The position numbers were made by a program, and so were the translations under genes. From Thermoanaerobaculia bacterium (GTDB lineage Bacteria; Acidobacteriota; Thermoanaerobaculia; Multivoradales; JAHEKO01): a stretch of DNA of 64,000 nt. The DNA is taken from assembly GCA_041567315.1 (NCBI GenBank), contig JBFGCA010000002.1, positions 8,055 through 72,054 on the forward strand. Direction: 5' to 3'. Every line of letters starts with the position of its first letter. Position 1 is the first letter of the stretch. The notes beneath the pieces were generated by a model that worked only from the letters and a program-made list of their open reading frames with translations, made no database searches and was not told the DNA's origin. Shown here piece by piece: positions 26,301 to 35,165 of this stretch.

Positions 26301-27752
26301 ATGAAATCGCGGGGGACGAATCCGCCGGCCGAGAAGACGCCGCACGCGGCGGCCGCCCGCCGGCGGCGGGCTCGGCTCGGCCTCTACGGCGCCCTGGCGG
26401 CGGTGGTGCTCGGTCTGGCGCTCGCCGCCCGCTATCTCGACCGGCCCGAGGAGCCCCAGGAGGACCAGACCTGGTCGGACGTCGACTACGCGGCCCTGCC
26501 CGAGGTCCAGCTCCTCCAGCGCTACCTGCGCATCGACACCAGCCCGACCACGGGCAGCGAGCTGGAGGGCGCCCGTTTCCTGGCCGGAGTGCTCGAGGAG
26601 GCCGGCATTCCGGCCCACGTCGAGCGTCTCGGAGACCGGCAGGCCAACCTGTGGGCGGTGCTCGAAGGCGAGCTCCCGGAGGCGGTGGTCCTCCACCACC
26701 ACATCGACGTCTACCCGATCGACGACCCGGAGGCCTGGGACTTTCCGCCGTTCGGCGGGCAGATCGACCTCGCCTGGCTCTACGGCCGGGGCGCCTTCGA
26801 CATGAAGAGCGTCGCCATCGCCCAGCTCCAGGCGCTCCTCGAGCTCAAGCGCAGCGGCCAGCGGCCCCGGCGCTCGGTGATCTACCTGGCCACCGGCTCC
26901 GAGGAGGTCGGCAGCGAGCTGGGCACCCGCTGGATTCTTCGGCACCACCCCGAGCTGGTCGAGCGCTTCTGGGCGGTCCTCACCGAGGGCGGCATCGTCG
27001 AGCCGGTCAACCAGCGCGAGATCAAGTACTGGGGGATCGAATACAGCCAGAAACGCTTCGCCGTCGGCCACGCCTGCGCCACCGACCGCCAGCGGCTCGA
27101 GGAGCTGCGCGAGGACCTGATGGAGTGGGAGGCGACCGCCGCCCGGCGCCGGCTGACCCCCGAGGTGGACCGCTTCCTGACCGCCTACGCCGAGTCGCGC
27201 CGCGACGTGGACATCCGCGAGGTCCTCGCCGAGACCCGGCGCGCCCTCGACCACACGGCCGATTTCGAGGCGCTGCCCGGCTACCTGAAGTCGATGTTCC
27301 GCGACGAGCTGGTGGCCTACCCGGTCGAGGAGGACCGCGACGGCGGCTTCCGGATGCGGCTGGTCTTCCATCTGTTGCCGGGGAGCGATTTCGCCGACGT
27401 CCGTCCGCGGCTGCTACCGCCCTGGCTGACCCACGGCGTCGCGGTCCGGCTCGAGGAGCCGCTGGGCAGCCCGGCGGCCAGTCCGGTGGACCACCCGGCC
27501 TACCGGGCCCAGGAGGAGCTGCTGCGCGAGGCCTATCCGGAGGCCAGGGTGGGGCCCTACTTCCTGGCCTGGGTGGCCACCGACTCGCGCTTCTTTCGCG
27601 AGGCCGGGATCCCCTCCTACGGCTTCTCCCCGTTCCTCATCTTCAACACCGACACCTTCCGGGTGGACACCATCAACGAACGCATCGGGCTGCCCGGATA
27701 CGTCGGTGGCGTCGAGCTGTACGGCCGGCTGCTGAGGCGTCTCGCCGGCTGA
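26301..27752 (+). CDS. M20 family metallopeptidase (membrane-anchored), paralog 1
   Basis: N-terminal TM LGLYGALAAVVLGLALAA. LQRYLRIDTS...HHIDVYP...GRGAFDMKSVAIAQL...YLATGSEEVGS motifs of M20/M28 peptidases (ArgE/DapE/CPG2-like). Confidence 0.8.
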   Translation: MKSRGTNPPAEKTPHAAAARRRRARLGLYGALAAVVLGLALAARYLDRPEEPQEDQTWSDVDYAALPEVQLLQRYLRIDTSPTTGSELEGARFLAGVLEEAGIPAHVERLGDRQANLWAVLEGELPEAVVLHHHIDVYPIDDPEAWDFPPFGGQIDLAWLYGRGAFDMKSVAIAQLQALLELKRSGQRPRRSVIYLATGSEEVGSELGTRWILRHHPELVERFWAVLTEGGIVEPVNQREIKYWGIEYSQKRFAVGHACATDRQRLEELREDLMEWEATAARRRLTPEVDRFLTAYAESRRDVDIREVLAETRRALDHTADFEALPGYLKSMFRDELVAYPVEEDRDGGFRMRLVFHLLPGSDFADVRPRLLPPWLTHGVAVRLEEPLGSPAASPVDHPAYRAQEELLREAYPEARVGPYFLAWVATDSRFFREAGIPSYGFSPFLIFNTDTFRVDTINERIGLPGYVGGVELYGRLLRRLAG

Positions 27753-27862
27753 CCCCGGCCGGCCGGCAGCCCGCTGACACTGCCCGGCAGGGGGGCCTGT
27801 CAGTTTTTGTCGCGGGCGGCGCCCGAGGGCCGCTGCCACAAGGGTTCCGGCGGCACCGGAGC

Positions 27863-27878
27863 TGGCACGTAACCTGCT
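27863..27878 (+). promoter_or_regulatory. sigma-54 (-24/-12) promoter candidate upstream of pilA
   Basis: cTGGCACGtaacCTGCT has GG and GC at the correct 11-nt spacing, about 95 nt upstream of the pilA ATG. A nearby tandem TGTC-containing stretch (27796-27814) may be an activator site. Confidence 0.55.
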
Positions 27879-27972
27879 GCTCTGACCGGCTGCCAGGAGC
27901 ACGAACGATTCTTGGACCACGGGATTGCCAGGAAAACAGTCACACCAACCAACGCGAGGAGGTAGCACAGTA

Positions 27973-28515
27973 ATGATGAAGCTCAACAGACGCCGGGGTC
28001 AGCGGGGTTTCACCCTGATCGAGCTGCTGATCGTGGTGGCGATCATCGGAATCATCGCCGCCATTCTGATCCCCAACCTTCTGGATGCCCTCCAGAAGGC
28101 CAAGCAGAAGCGGACCGTCGGCGACGAGCGCAACGTCGGCTCGGCCTGGTTCTCGTGGCTCACCGACCAGATCGGAGCGGCCGCCGCCGGCACCACCAAC
28201 ACCTACGACTTCAGCGCCCTGACCGCCATCGCCGCCGGTGACCTGCTGACCACGTTGTACCGAGACGAAGAGATGTTCTACATCCAGGAGATCCCGGTCA
28301 ACGACGGCTGGGGCAACGGCTACGAGTACGCCTGGTCGGGCAACGTGCTGACGGCGCAGGTCATGGGCATCCGCAGCGCCGGTCGGAGCACCGACGGCAG
28401 CTTCGCGGGCAACTCCTACACCATGGGGCCGTTCATCGCCACCGACTACGACCAGGACATCGTCTGGGCGGACGGCTTCTTCGTCACCTACCCGGCCGGC
28501 GTCAACGTCCAGTAG
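27973..28515 (+). CDS. pilA: type IV major pilin PilA (class III signal peptide, N-methylation motif)
   Basis: AGGAGG RBS 10 nt upstream. MMKLNRRRGQRGFTLIELLIVVAIIGIIAAILIPNLL is a canonical prepilin leader with the G/FTLIE cleavage site and Glu+5. About 180 aa. Confidence 0.9.
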   Translation: MMKLNRRRGQRGFTLIELLIVVAIIGIIAAILIPNLLDALQKAKQKRTVGDERNVGSAWFSWLTDQIGAAAAGTTNTYDFSALTAIAAGDLLTTLYRDEEMFYIQEIPVNDGWGNGYEYAWSGNVLTAQVMGIRSAGRSTDGSFAGNSYTMGPFIATDYDQDIVWADGFFVTYPAGVNVQ

Positions 28516-28538
28516 CGCCCGCCAAGGGCCCAACCGAG

Positions 28539-28580
28539 AGAGGCGCCGCCCGCCGCGGCGCCTCTTTCCCTTTTCTGGCC
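28539..28580 (+). terminator. Rho-independent terminator downstream of pilA
   Basis: Perfect 11-bp GC-rich stem AGAGGCGCCGC/GCGGCGCCTCT with a 5-nt loop, followed by TTCCCTTTTCT. Confidence 0.8.
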
Positions 28581-28632
28581 TTTTCTGGAGCCCCCCTCTC
28601 CGGACCGGCCGCCCGGATAGACTCGCCGCCCC

Positions 28633-30009
28633 GTGATTCCACGCCCCGCCGCCGGCCTGCTGCCCGCCGGCCTGCTACTGGTCTCGCTGCTGGCGGCGGC
28701 GCCGGCCGCGGCGAGCGGCGCCCTCGGACAGGAGGCCGCCTGGCTGCAGCGCTACCTGCGGCTCGACACCTCCAATCCACCGGGCGACGAGGCGCGGGCG
28801 GCGCGCTTCCTGGCCGAGCTGCTGCACCGCGAAGGGCTGACCACCCGGCGGGCGGTCTCGCCCGGCGGCCGCACCAGCCTGTGGGCGCGGCTCGAGTCCG
28901 GCCGGCCCGAGGCCGGCGCGCTGCTGCTCCAGCACCACATCGACGTGGTCCCGCCGGGGCCGGGGTGGAGCACCGATCCCTTTGCCGGCGAGGTGCGGGA
29001 CGGCGTGCTCTGGGGTCGTGGCGCGATCGACGCCAAGAGCCTGGGAATCGCCCATCTGGCCGCCCTGGTCGAGCTGCGCCGGCGCCGGGTCCCGCTGGCC
29101 CGCGACGTCGTCTTCCTGGCGGTGGCCGACGAGGAGACCGGCGGCCGCGAGGGTACCGCCTGGCTGCTGGAGGCGCACCCCGAGCTGTTCGCGGGGGTCG
29201 CGGCGGTGCTCGGCGAGGGCGGTCTCAACCGCTCCTATCAGGGGCGCCTGGCCTGGTGGGGAATCGAGACCGCCCAGAAGCGCCCGCTGTGGCTGCGCGT
29301 CATCGCCGCCGGCCGCGGCGGCCACGGCTCGACCCTCAACCTCCACGCCGCCCCTCACCGCCTGGTGCGCGGTCTGGGCCGGCTGGTCGACCGGCCGCTC
29401 GACTACCGCGTGACCCCCGAGGTGCGACGCTACATGGAGGCCGCCGCCCCCCACGAGACCGCCCACTTCCAGCGGCTGGTGGCGAACCTCGACGAGGTGG
29501 TCACCGGACCGGAGCCCGAGCGCCACCTGCTGCCGGGCATGCCCAACTACTTCCTCGACACCATCCAGGTCAACGTGCTGGCGGCGGGCGAGAAGCTCAA
29601 CGTGGTCCCCGAGGAGGCGGTCGCCGAGATCGACGTGCGGCTGCTTCCCGACACCGACCAGCAGGCCTTTCTGGAAGAGATCCGCCAACTGCTCGGCGAC
29701 GAGGTGGAGGTGGAGGTGCTGCTCGACGCTCCGCCGGTGACCGCCTCGCCGCTCGACAACCCGATCTGGCGCTGTCTCGAGACCACCCTCGGCCCGCGCG
29801 CAGCAGTGGTCCCGGCCTTCATCCCGGGGATCACCGACGCCCGCTACTTCCGGGGCCGCGGGCTGGCGGCCTACGGGTTCTCGCCCTTCGTCCTCGCCGC
29901 CGCCGAGCTCAAGGGCATCCACGGGCCCGACGAGCGCATCCCGCTGGCGGCGTTCGAGCAGGGCGTGGCGCTGATGAAGACGCTGGTGCGGGCATGCGCC
30001 GGCGGCTAG
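28633..30009 (+). CDS. M20 family metallopeptidase (secreted), paralog 2
   Basis: Signal peptide MIPRPAAGLLPAGLLLVSLLAAAPAAASGA. LQRYLRLDTSNPPGDE, HHIDVVP, GRGAIDAKS, VADEETGG motifs. Paralogous to 26301-27752. Confidence 0.8.
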   Translation: MIPRPAAGLLPAGLLLVSLLAAAPAAASGALGQEAAWLQRYLRLDTSNPPGDEARAARFLAELLHREGLTTRRAVSPGGRTSLWARLESGRPEAGALLLQHHIDVVPPGPGWSTDPFAGEVRDGVLWGRGAIDAKSLGIAHLAALVELRRRRVPLARDVVFLAVADEETGGREGTAWLLEAHPELFAGVAAVLGEGGLNRSYQGRLAWWGIETAQKRPLWLRVIAAGRGGHGSTLNLHAAPHRLVRGLGRLVDRPLDYRVTPEVRRYMEAAAPHETAHFQRLVANLDEVVTGPEPERHLLPGMPNYFLDTIQVNVLAAGEKLNVVPEEAVAEIDVRLLPDTDQQAFLEEIRQLLGDEVEVEVLLDAPPVTASPLDNPIWRCLETTLGPRAAVVPAFIPGITDARYFRGRGLAAYGFSPFVLAAAELKGIHGPDERIPLAAFEQGVALMKTLVRACAGG

Positions 30010-32402
30010 GGCTGCCTGCCACCGGCTTCCCGCTGCTGGCCGGCACCCTCACCGTCGGCGTCTTCTACGGCGGCTTCCTGCGCGGTCCGGTGGTGCCGGC
30101 CGTCCGCGACGTCCCCTTCTTCCACCTGCCGCTGCGCGACGCCTTCGCCACCTTCGCCCGGCAGGGCGTGCCGTGGTGGAACCCGCTGATCCACGGCGGG
30201 CAGCCGCTGCTCTCCAACCCCAACTACGCCGCTTTCTACCCGCCGACCTGGCTCGCCCTGGCCCTGGCGCCGCACCGCGCCCTCGCCCTGATCGTGGTCC
30301 TCCACGCCGTCTGGGCCTTTGCCGGCGCCTGGCGGCTGGCGCGCACCCTCGAGTGCCGGCCGCCGGCCGCGGCGCTGGCGGCGGTGGGGTTCGTCGGCGG
30401 CGGCGCCTTCCTCTCCTCCCCCACCACCCTCAACCTGTTCTGCGGCCTCGCCTGGCTGCCCTGGGTGCTGACCTGGGGCGAGCGGGCGCTGAGCGCCGGG
30501 CGCGGGCAGTGGGCACGACCGGCCGTGCTGGCCGGCGCCGGCCTCGCCGCTCAGCTGTTGGCCGGCGAGCCGGTGATGGCGCTGATCGGGGCCGCGGCCC
30601 TGGCCTGCTGGGCCGGCGAGCGGGCGCGCCACGGTCCCGGCCGGCCGCTGCGCCTGGTGCCCGTCGCCCTCATCGCCGGCGGGCTGGCCGCGGTCCAGCT
30701 GCTGCCCACCGCCCAGCGGCTGCTCGAGTCGCCCCGCGCCGGCGGCCTGGCCGGCACCGGAGCCACCGTCTGGTCGACGCCGCCGGCGCGGGCGGTGGAA
30801 TTCGCGCTGCCGCGCTTCTTCGGCGACCCGATGCTCGAGGATCTGGATCTCTACTTCGGCTACGGGCTCCACGACAAGGACTTTCCCTACGTGGTGTCGA
30901 TCTACTGCGGTCTGCTGCCGGTGCTGCTGGGCCTGGTCGCCCTCGCCCGCTGGCGGCTGCCGCGGCGGGCTGCCTGGTGGGCGATGCTGGCACTCGGCGC
31001 GGCGCTCGCCCTGGGCCGGCACAACCCGCTCTACGCCGGCCTGCTGATCCACCTGCCGCCGTTCAACCTGGTCCGCTATCCGGAGAAGTTCATCCTGCTG
31101 GCGACCAGCGCGCTGCCCTTCGCCGCGGCGCTGGGCTGGGAGGAGCTGATGCGGCGGCGGCGAGCCGGCCGGCCCCAGGCCGCCGAGCTGCCGCTGGCGC
31201 TGGCCCTGGTGGCGGTCGCCGTCACCGGCGGTCTCGCCGCGCTGCTCGCCTGGCGACCCACGGTCGGCGAGCAGTTCGTGCGGCTGCACAGCCTCCTGCC
31301 GCGCTCGCCCGAGGGCCTGGCGGCGGCGGTCGGCTATCTGCAGCGCGAGGCACTGGCGGCGACCGCGGTGGCGGCCGCGGCGGCGGCGCTGCTGGCGCTG
31401 CACCGCTGGCGGCAGGCGCCGGGCGCGCTGCTCGCCGGTCTGGCGCTCGTGCTGCTCGGCGGCGACCTCTTCTACTACGGCCGGACCCTCAACCCGCTGC
31501 TCCCCGCCCGCGAGGTGCTGACGCCGCCGGCGATGGCCGAGCGGGCGGCCGGCGGCGGCGGCCGGATCTTCACCGACCGCGCCTTCCACCAGGGCCGCGC
31601 CGAGTTCACCTTTCGCGGCACCGAGCCGCAGGTGACCGCCTGGCTGCGCAACGGCCTCGACCGCCTCGACCCCTTCGCCGCCAACCTGTGGGGTCTGGCC
31701 TACGCGCTCAACGAGGACTACGACCTGATGTTGACCGCCTGGGGGCGGCACGGTCTGGACCGCTTTTACGAGGCCGCGCGGCAAGGCGGCGTGGAGGGCG
31801 AGGCGGCGCGGCGGGTGCTCGGCGCCTGGGGCGTCGGCGCCCTGGCGCTGCGGCGCCCGGCCCGCGAGGTGGCGGCCGAATGGGCGGCCGGCGGCGGCAC
31901 CCCCGACCTGGTGCGGCTGGTGGCCAATCCCGGACGGCTGCCGCTCGTCCGGCTGGCGCCCGAGGTGTTGATCCACGACACGGTCGAGGCGGCGACCGCC
32001 GCCCTCGGCGCCGCCGGCTTCGCCGTGGACCGCCTCGAGCACTGCGGCCCGGCCCTGCCGCCGGCCGCGCCCGGCAGGCTGCGCTCCCCCGCCGACGCCC
32101 GGCTGCTCGAGCACCGGCCGGGACCCGGCACCCACCGGCTCTCCTATCGCGCTTCGGGCCCCGCCCTCCTGGTGGTGGCCGAGACCTTCGACCGCGGCTG
32201 GGAGGCCCGCGCCGGCGATCGCCGGCTGCCGGTCTGCCCCACCGCCCTCGGACAGCTCGGGGTGCTGCTGCCGCCCGGCCAGGGCGAGCTCACGCTTGCC
32301 TATCGGGATCCCTGGGTGAAGGTCGGGGCGGCCCTCACCCTGATCACGGCGCTGGCCGGCGCGCTTACAATCGTCCGGCCGGCGCGCCAAACCGACCGCT
32401 GA
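29994..32402 (+). CDS. large polytopic membrane protein, YfhO-like / GT-C-fold putative glycosyltransferase (paralog of 14909-17545)
   Basis: About 802 aa from ATG 29994 (MRRRLGLPATGFPLLAGTLTV...), overlapping the M20 paralog 2 3' end by 16 nt. Shared motif HGGQPLLSNPNYAAFYPPTWL. At least 12 TM helices plus a C-terminal periplasmic domain. Confidence 0.5.
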   Translation: MRRRLGLPATGFPLLAGTLTVGVFYGGFLRGPVVPAVRDVPFFHLPLRDAFATFARQGVPWWNPLIHGGQPLLSNPNYAAFYPPTWLALALAPHRALALIVVLHAVWAFAGAWRLARTLECRPPAAALAAVGFVGGGAFLSSPTTLNLFCGLAWLPWVLTWGERALSAGRGQWARPAVLAGAGLAAQLLAGEPVMALIGAAALACWAGERARHGPGRPLRLVPVALIAGGLAAVQLLPTAQRLLESPRAGGLAGTGATVWSTPPARAVEFALPRFFGDPMLEDLDLYFGYGLHDKDFPYVVSIYCGLLPVLLGLVALARWRLPRRAAWWAMLALGAALALGRHNPLYAGLLIHLPPFNLVRYPEKFILLATSALPFAAALGWEELMRRRRAGRPQAAELPLALALVAVAVTGGLAALLAWRPTVGEQFVRLHSLLPRSPEGLAAAVGYLQREALAATAVAAAAAALLALHRWRQAPGALLAGLALVLLGGDLFYYGRTLNPLLPAREVLTPPAMAERAAGGGGRIFTDRAFHQGRAEFTFRGTEPQVTAWLRNGLDRLDPFAANLWGLAYALNEDYDLMLTAWGRHGLDRFYEAARQGGVEGEAARRVLGAWGVGALALRRPAREVAAEWAAGGGTPDLVRLVANPGRLPLVRLAPEVLIHDTVEAATAALGAAGFAVDRLEHCGPALPPAAPGRLRSPADARLLEHRPGPGTHRLSYRASGPALLVVAETFDRGWEARAGDRRLPVCPTALGQLGVLLPPGQGELTLAYRDPWVKVGAALTLITALAGALTIVRPARQTDR

Positions 32403-32405
32403 GAG

Positions 32406-33179
32406 ATGCAGGTTGATCCACTGCTCGCCCTCTACGCCCTGCTGGTGGGCCTGGTGGTGGGCAGCTACCTCAACGTCCTGATCCACCGGCTGCCGCGCGG
32501 GGTCTCGACCGTCCGGCCGCGCTCGCGCTGCCCGTACTGCGACGGCCCGATCGGCGCCCGCGACAACGTGCCGCTGGCCAGCTTCCTGCTGCTCAGGGGC
32601 CGCTGCCGGCGCTGCGGCGCCCCCATAGCCTGGCGCTACCCGCTGGTCGAGGCGCTCACCGGCGCGCTGTTCGCGGCCTGCGTGGTGCGCTTCGGCGCCA
32701 GCCTGGAGGCGCTGACGGCGGCGGTCTTCGCGGCGCTCATGGTGCTGCTGGCGATGATCGACCTCGAGCACTTCCTGCTGCCCGACCGGGTGACCCTGCC
32801 GGGGATCTTCCTCGGGCTCGCTCTGCAGCCGTGGCGGCCGGGGGTCGGCTGGCTGGAAGCGGTGGTCGGGGCGCTGGCCGGCGCCGGTCTGCTGGTGCTG
32901 CTGATGAACCTCTGGTACTGGCTGCGCGGGGAGGAGGGCATGGGGATGGGTGACGTCAACATGATGGCGCTGATCGGCGCCTTCCTGGGCTGGAAGGCGG
33001 CCCTGGTGGCGCTGCTGGGGGCGGCCCTCAGCGGCGCGCTGCTGGGGATCGTCCTGCTGCTCGCCGGCCGCGTCGGCTGGCGCTCGCGGCTGCCGTTCGG
33101 GGTCTTCCTGGCCGGCGGCGGCCTGCTGGCGCTGTTCGCCGGCGAGCGGCTGCTGGCGCTCTACGGACGCCTGCCCTGA
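32406..33179 (+). CDS. pilD: prepilin peptidase / N-methyltransferase PilD (A24 family)
   Basis: Cys-box CPYCDGPIG...CRRCG, catalytic-Asp regions (LAMIDLEHFLLPD; GMGMGDVNMMALIGAFLGW), 8 TM helices. Confidence 0.9.
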   Translation: MQVDPLLALYALLVGLVVGSYLNVLIHRLPRGVSTVRPRSRCPYCDGPIGARDNVPLASFLLLRGRCRRCGAPIAWRYPLVEALTGALFAACVVRFGASLEALTAAVFAALMVLLAMIDLEHFLLPDRVTLPGIFLGLALQPWRPGVGWLEAVVGALAGAGLLVLLMNLWYWLRGEEGMGMGDVNMMALIGAFLGWKAALVALLGAALSGALLGIVLLLAGRVGWRSRLPFGVFLAGGGLLALFAGERLLALYGRLP

Positions 33180-33210
33180 GAGGCCGGTCCCACCCTTCGA
33201 GGCGCCGGGC

Positions 33211-34980
33211 GTGAAGCTCCCCCGATTCAGCCTCCCCCGGTTCGGCCCTCTGGGCCTGCGGCGCGAGCTGCTGATCCTGCTGCCGGTGGCGGTCCTGGTG
33301 CTGGTCCTCGCCTCCACCTTCACGCTGCTGGCCTACCGCTCGGCCCTCCAGCTGCTGACCGAGGAGCGCCAGCTCGAGGCCGCCGAGCTGGCGCGGCGGC
33401 TGGCCGAACAGCTGCCCGACGACGCCCGGCCGACCGCCGCCGAGCTGCGCCGGCTGGCGCCCACTGCCCGGCAGGTGGTGCTGACCGACGCCCGGGGGCG
33501 GCCGCTGCCCGGCAGCGGGCCGGCGGTCGACCCCGACCCGCTGGCGCCGCTGGGCGGCCGGCGGCCGGCGGCCGCGGTCGCCGTCGGTCCCGGGCCGGCG
33601 CTCGCCGGCGCGGTGGCCGGGTTTGCGCCCCTGGCCGGCGGCCGGGGCTATCTGCGGGTCGACCTGGGGGCCGCCCAGCTCGGCCGTCAGCTGCGCGGCC
33701 TGCGGGTCCTCTTCTGGGTGGTGCTCGGCGTCAACGGCGGTCTGACCCTGCTGCTGCTGTGGTTCCTGGGCCGCCTGCTCGGTCCCTGGGAGGAGCTGCT
33801 GGCCGCCGCCCGCCGCAGCGGTCAGCCCGACGCCGGCGAGGACGAGGTCGCCTTCCTGATCTCCTCGGTGCGCCGGGCCCTGGCGGACCATGGCCGGACC
33901 GCTGGAGCCGGGCCGGGCGAGGACGACATCGCGGTGCTGCAAAGGGCGCTGGGCTCGAGCCTCGAAAGCGGGCTGCTGCTGCTCGACCGCCAGGGGCGGG
34001 TGCTGGCCCTCAACCGGCTGGGCGCCGAGTGGCTGGGGGTGGCGGCGCCCGCCGAGCCCGATCGGCGCCAGGAGCCGGCGCCGGTCGAGCGGCTGCTGGC
34101 CGCCCAGCCCGAGCTCAGCGCCCTCTTGCGGCGGGCGGTCCGGCAGGGCCGCGGCGTCCGGCGGCAGGAGGTGACGGTCCGCCACCCCGCGGGCGAGCTC
34201 ACCCTCGGGCTCTCGGTCCACGCCCTGACCCGCGACGACGGCGCGGTGCGGGGCTTCCTGATGCTCTTCGCCGACCTCACCGAGAGCCGGCGCCAGGCCG
34301 AGGAGAAACGGCTGGCCAGCAGCCTCGACCAGCTCGGCGAGCTGGCGGCCGGGGTCGCCCACGAGCTGCGTAACAGTCTGGCCACCCTGCGCGGCTATCT
34401 GACGCTGATCGAGCGCCGGCCCGAGGAGGAGCCGATCACCGAGTACCTGGCCGAGATCCGCCGCGAGAGCGCCCATCTCGAGCGGGTGCTGGAGGATTTC
34501 CTGGCCTTCGCACGGCCGGGAACGGCGCGTCTGGAGGTAGTCGACCTGGCCACCGCCGTCCGGCGGGCGGCGGGCGATCCCAGCCTGCGCGGCCGGGCGG
34601 TCGACCTGCGGCTCGACCCGGCCGCCCGCTACCGCATCCGCGGCGACCGCCAGTTGCTGGAGCGGGCGCTGCGCAACCTGCTCCACAACGCCGCCGAGGC
34701 GCAGGACCAGACCGCCGCCGAGGAGCCCCTGGAGGCCGCCGTCGAGCGGGTGGGCGGCGAGCTCCAGGTGTCGGTCGCCGACCGCGGAGACGGCGTCTCC
34801 GCCGAGGTCCGGCGCCGGCTCTTCCAGCCGTTCGTCACCGGCCGGCCCGGCGGCGTCGGGCTCGGTCTGTCGCTGGCCCACCGGATCGTCACCCTCCACG
34901 GCGGACGGCTCCGGCTCGAGGACCGGCCGGCGGGCGGCACCCGGGCGGTCATCACCTTCCCCGCTGACAGAATCGTGTAG
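33211..34980 (+). CDS. sensor histidine kinase (PilS-like candidate)
   Basis: GTG start. Two TM helices flanking a periplasmic domain. HisKA H-box GVAHELRNSLATLRGYL and HATPase_c N/G boxes (LLHNAAEA, DRGDGV, GGVGLGLSL). Confidence 0.85.
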   Translation: MKLPRFSLPRFGPLGLRRELLILLPVAVLVLVLASTFTLLAYRSALQLLTEERQLEAAELARRLAEQLPDDARPTAAELRRLAPTARQVVLTDARGRPLPGSGPAVDPDPLAPLGGRRPAAAVAVGPGPALAGAVAGFAPLAGGRGYLRVDLGAAQLGRQLRGLRVLFWVVLGVNGGLTLLLLWFLGRLLGPWEELLAAARRSGQPDAGEDEVAFLISSVRRALADHGRTAGAGPGEDDIAVLQRALGSSLESGLLLLDRQGRVLALNRLGAEWLGVAAPAEPDRRQEPAPVERLLAAQPELSALLRRAVRQGRGVRRQEVTVRHPAGELTLGLSVHALTRDDGAVRGFLMLFADLTESRRQAEEKRLASSLDQLGELAAGVAHELRNSLATLRGYLTLIERRPEEEPITEYLAEIRRESAHLERVLEDFLAFARPGTARLEVVDLATAVRRAAGDPSLRGRAVDLRLDPAARYRIRGDRQLLERALRNLLHNAAEAQDQTAAEEPLEAAVERVGGELQVSVADRGDGVSAEVRRRLFQPFVTGRPGGVGLGLSLAHRIVTLHGGRLRLEDRPAGGTRAVITFPADRIV

Positions 34981-35087
34981 AAAAGAAACGCAGTTCGGAC
35001 CCATGCCCGCCGCACCGGCCGCCGCGCCGGGGCCGCAACCTCAATAGCGACAGCGACTTGGCCGGAGAAAAAGCGGCGGATCCAACC

Positions 35088-35102
35088 TGGCACCCGCTTT
35101 GC
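35088..35102 (+). promoter_or_regulatory. sigma-54 (-24/-12) promoter candidate upstream of the minor-pilin operon
   Basis: TGGCACccgctTTGCT is a near-consensus match (TGGCAC-N5-TTGCW), about 60 nt upstream of the first minor pilin gene. Confidence 0.6.
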
Positions 35103-35165
35103 TCGGTCGTGATCGGTGACCGGAAGCGCGACAACGGGTCCGGAGCGAGCGTGATGGGAGGCGGC

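Noticed and set aside
30006-33323. 1105-aa minus-strand ORF and other very long antisense ORFs (37915-41094, 48509-51436, 19491-21458, 24634-26304, 28881-29993)
   Set aside because: Arg/Gly/Ala/Pro-rich translations without domain signal, antisense to confidently identified genes. They are the typical antisense open frames of GC-rich DNA.
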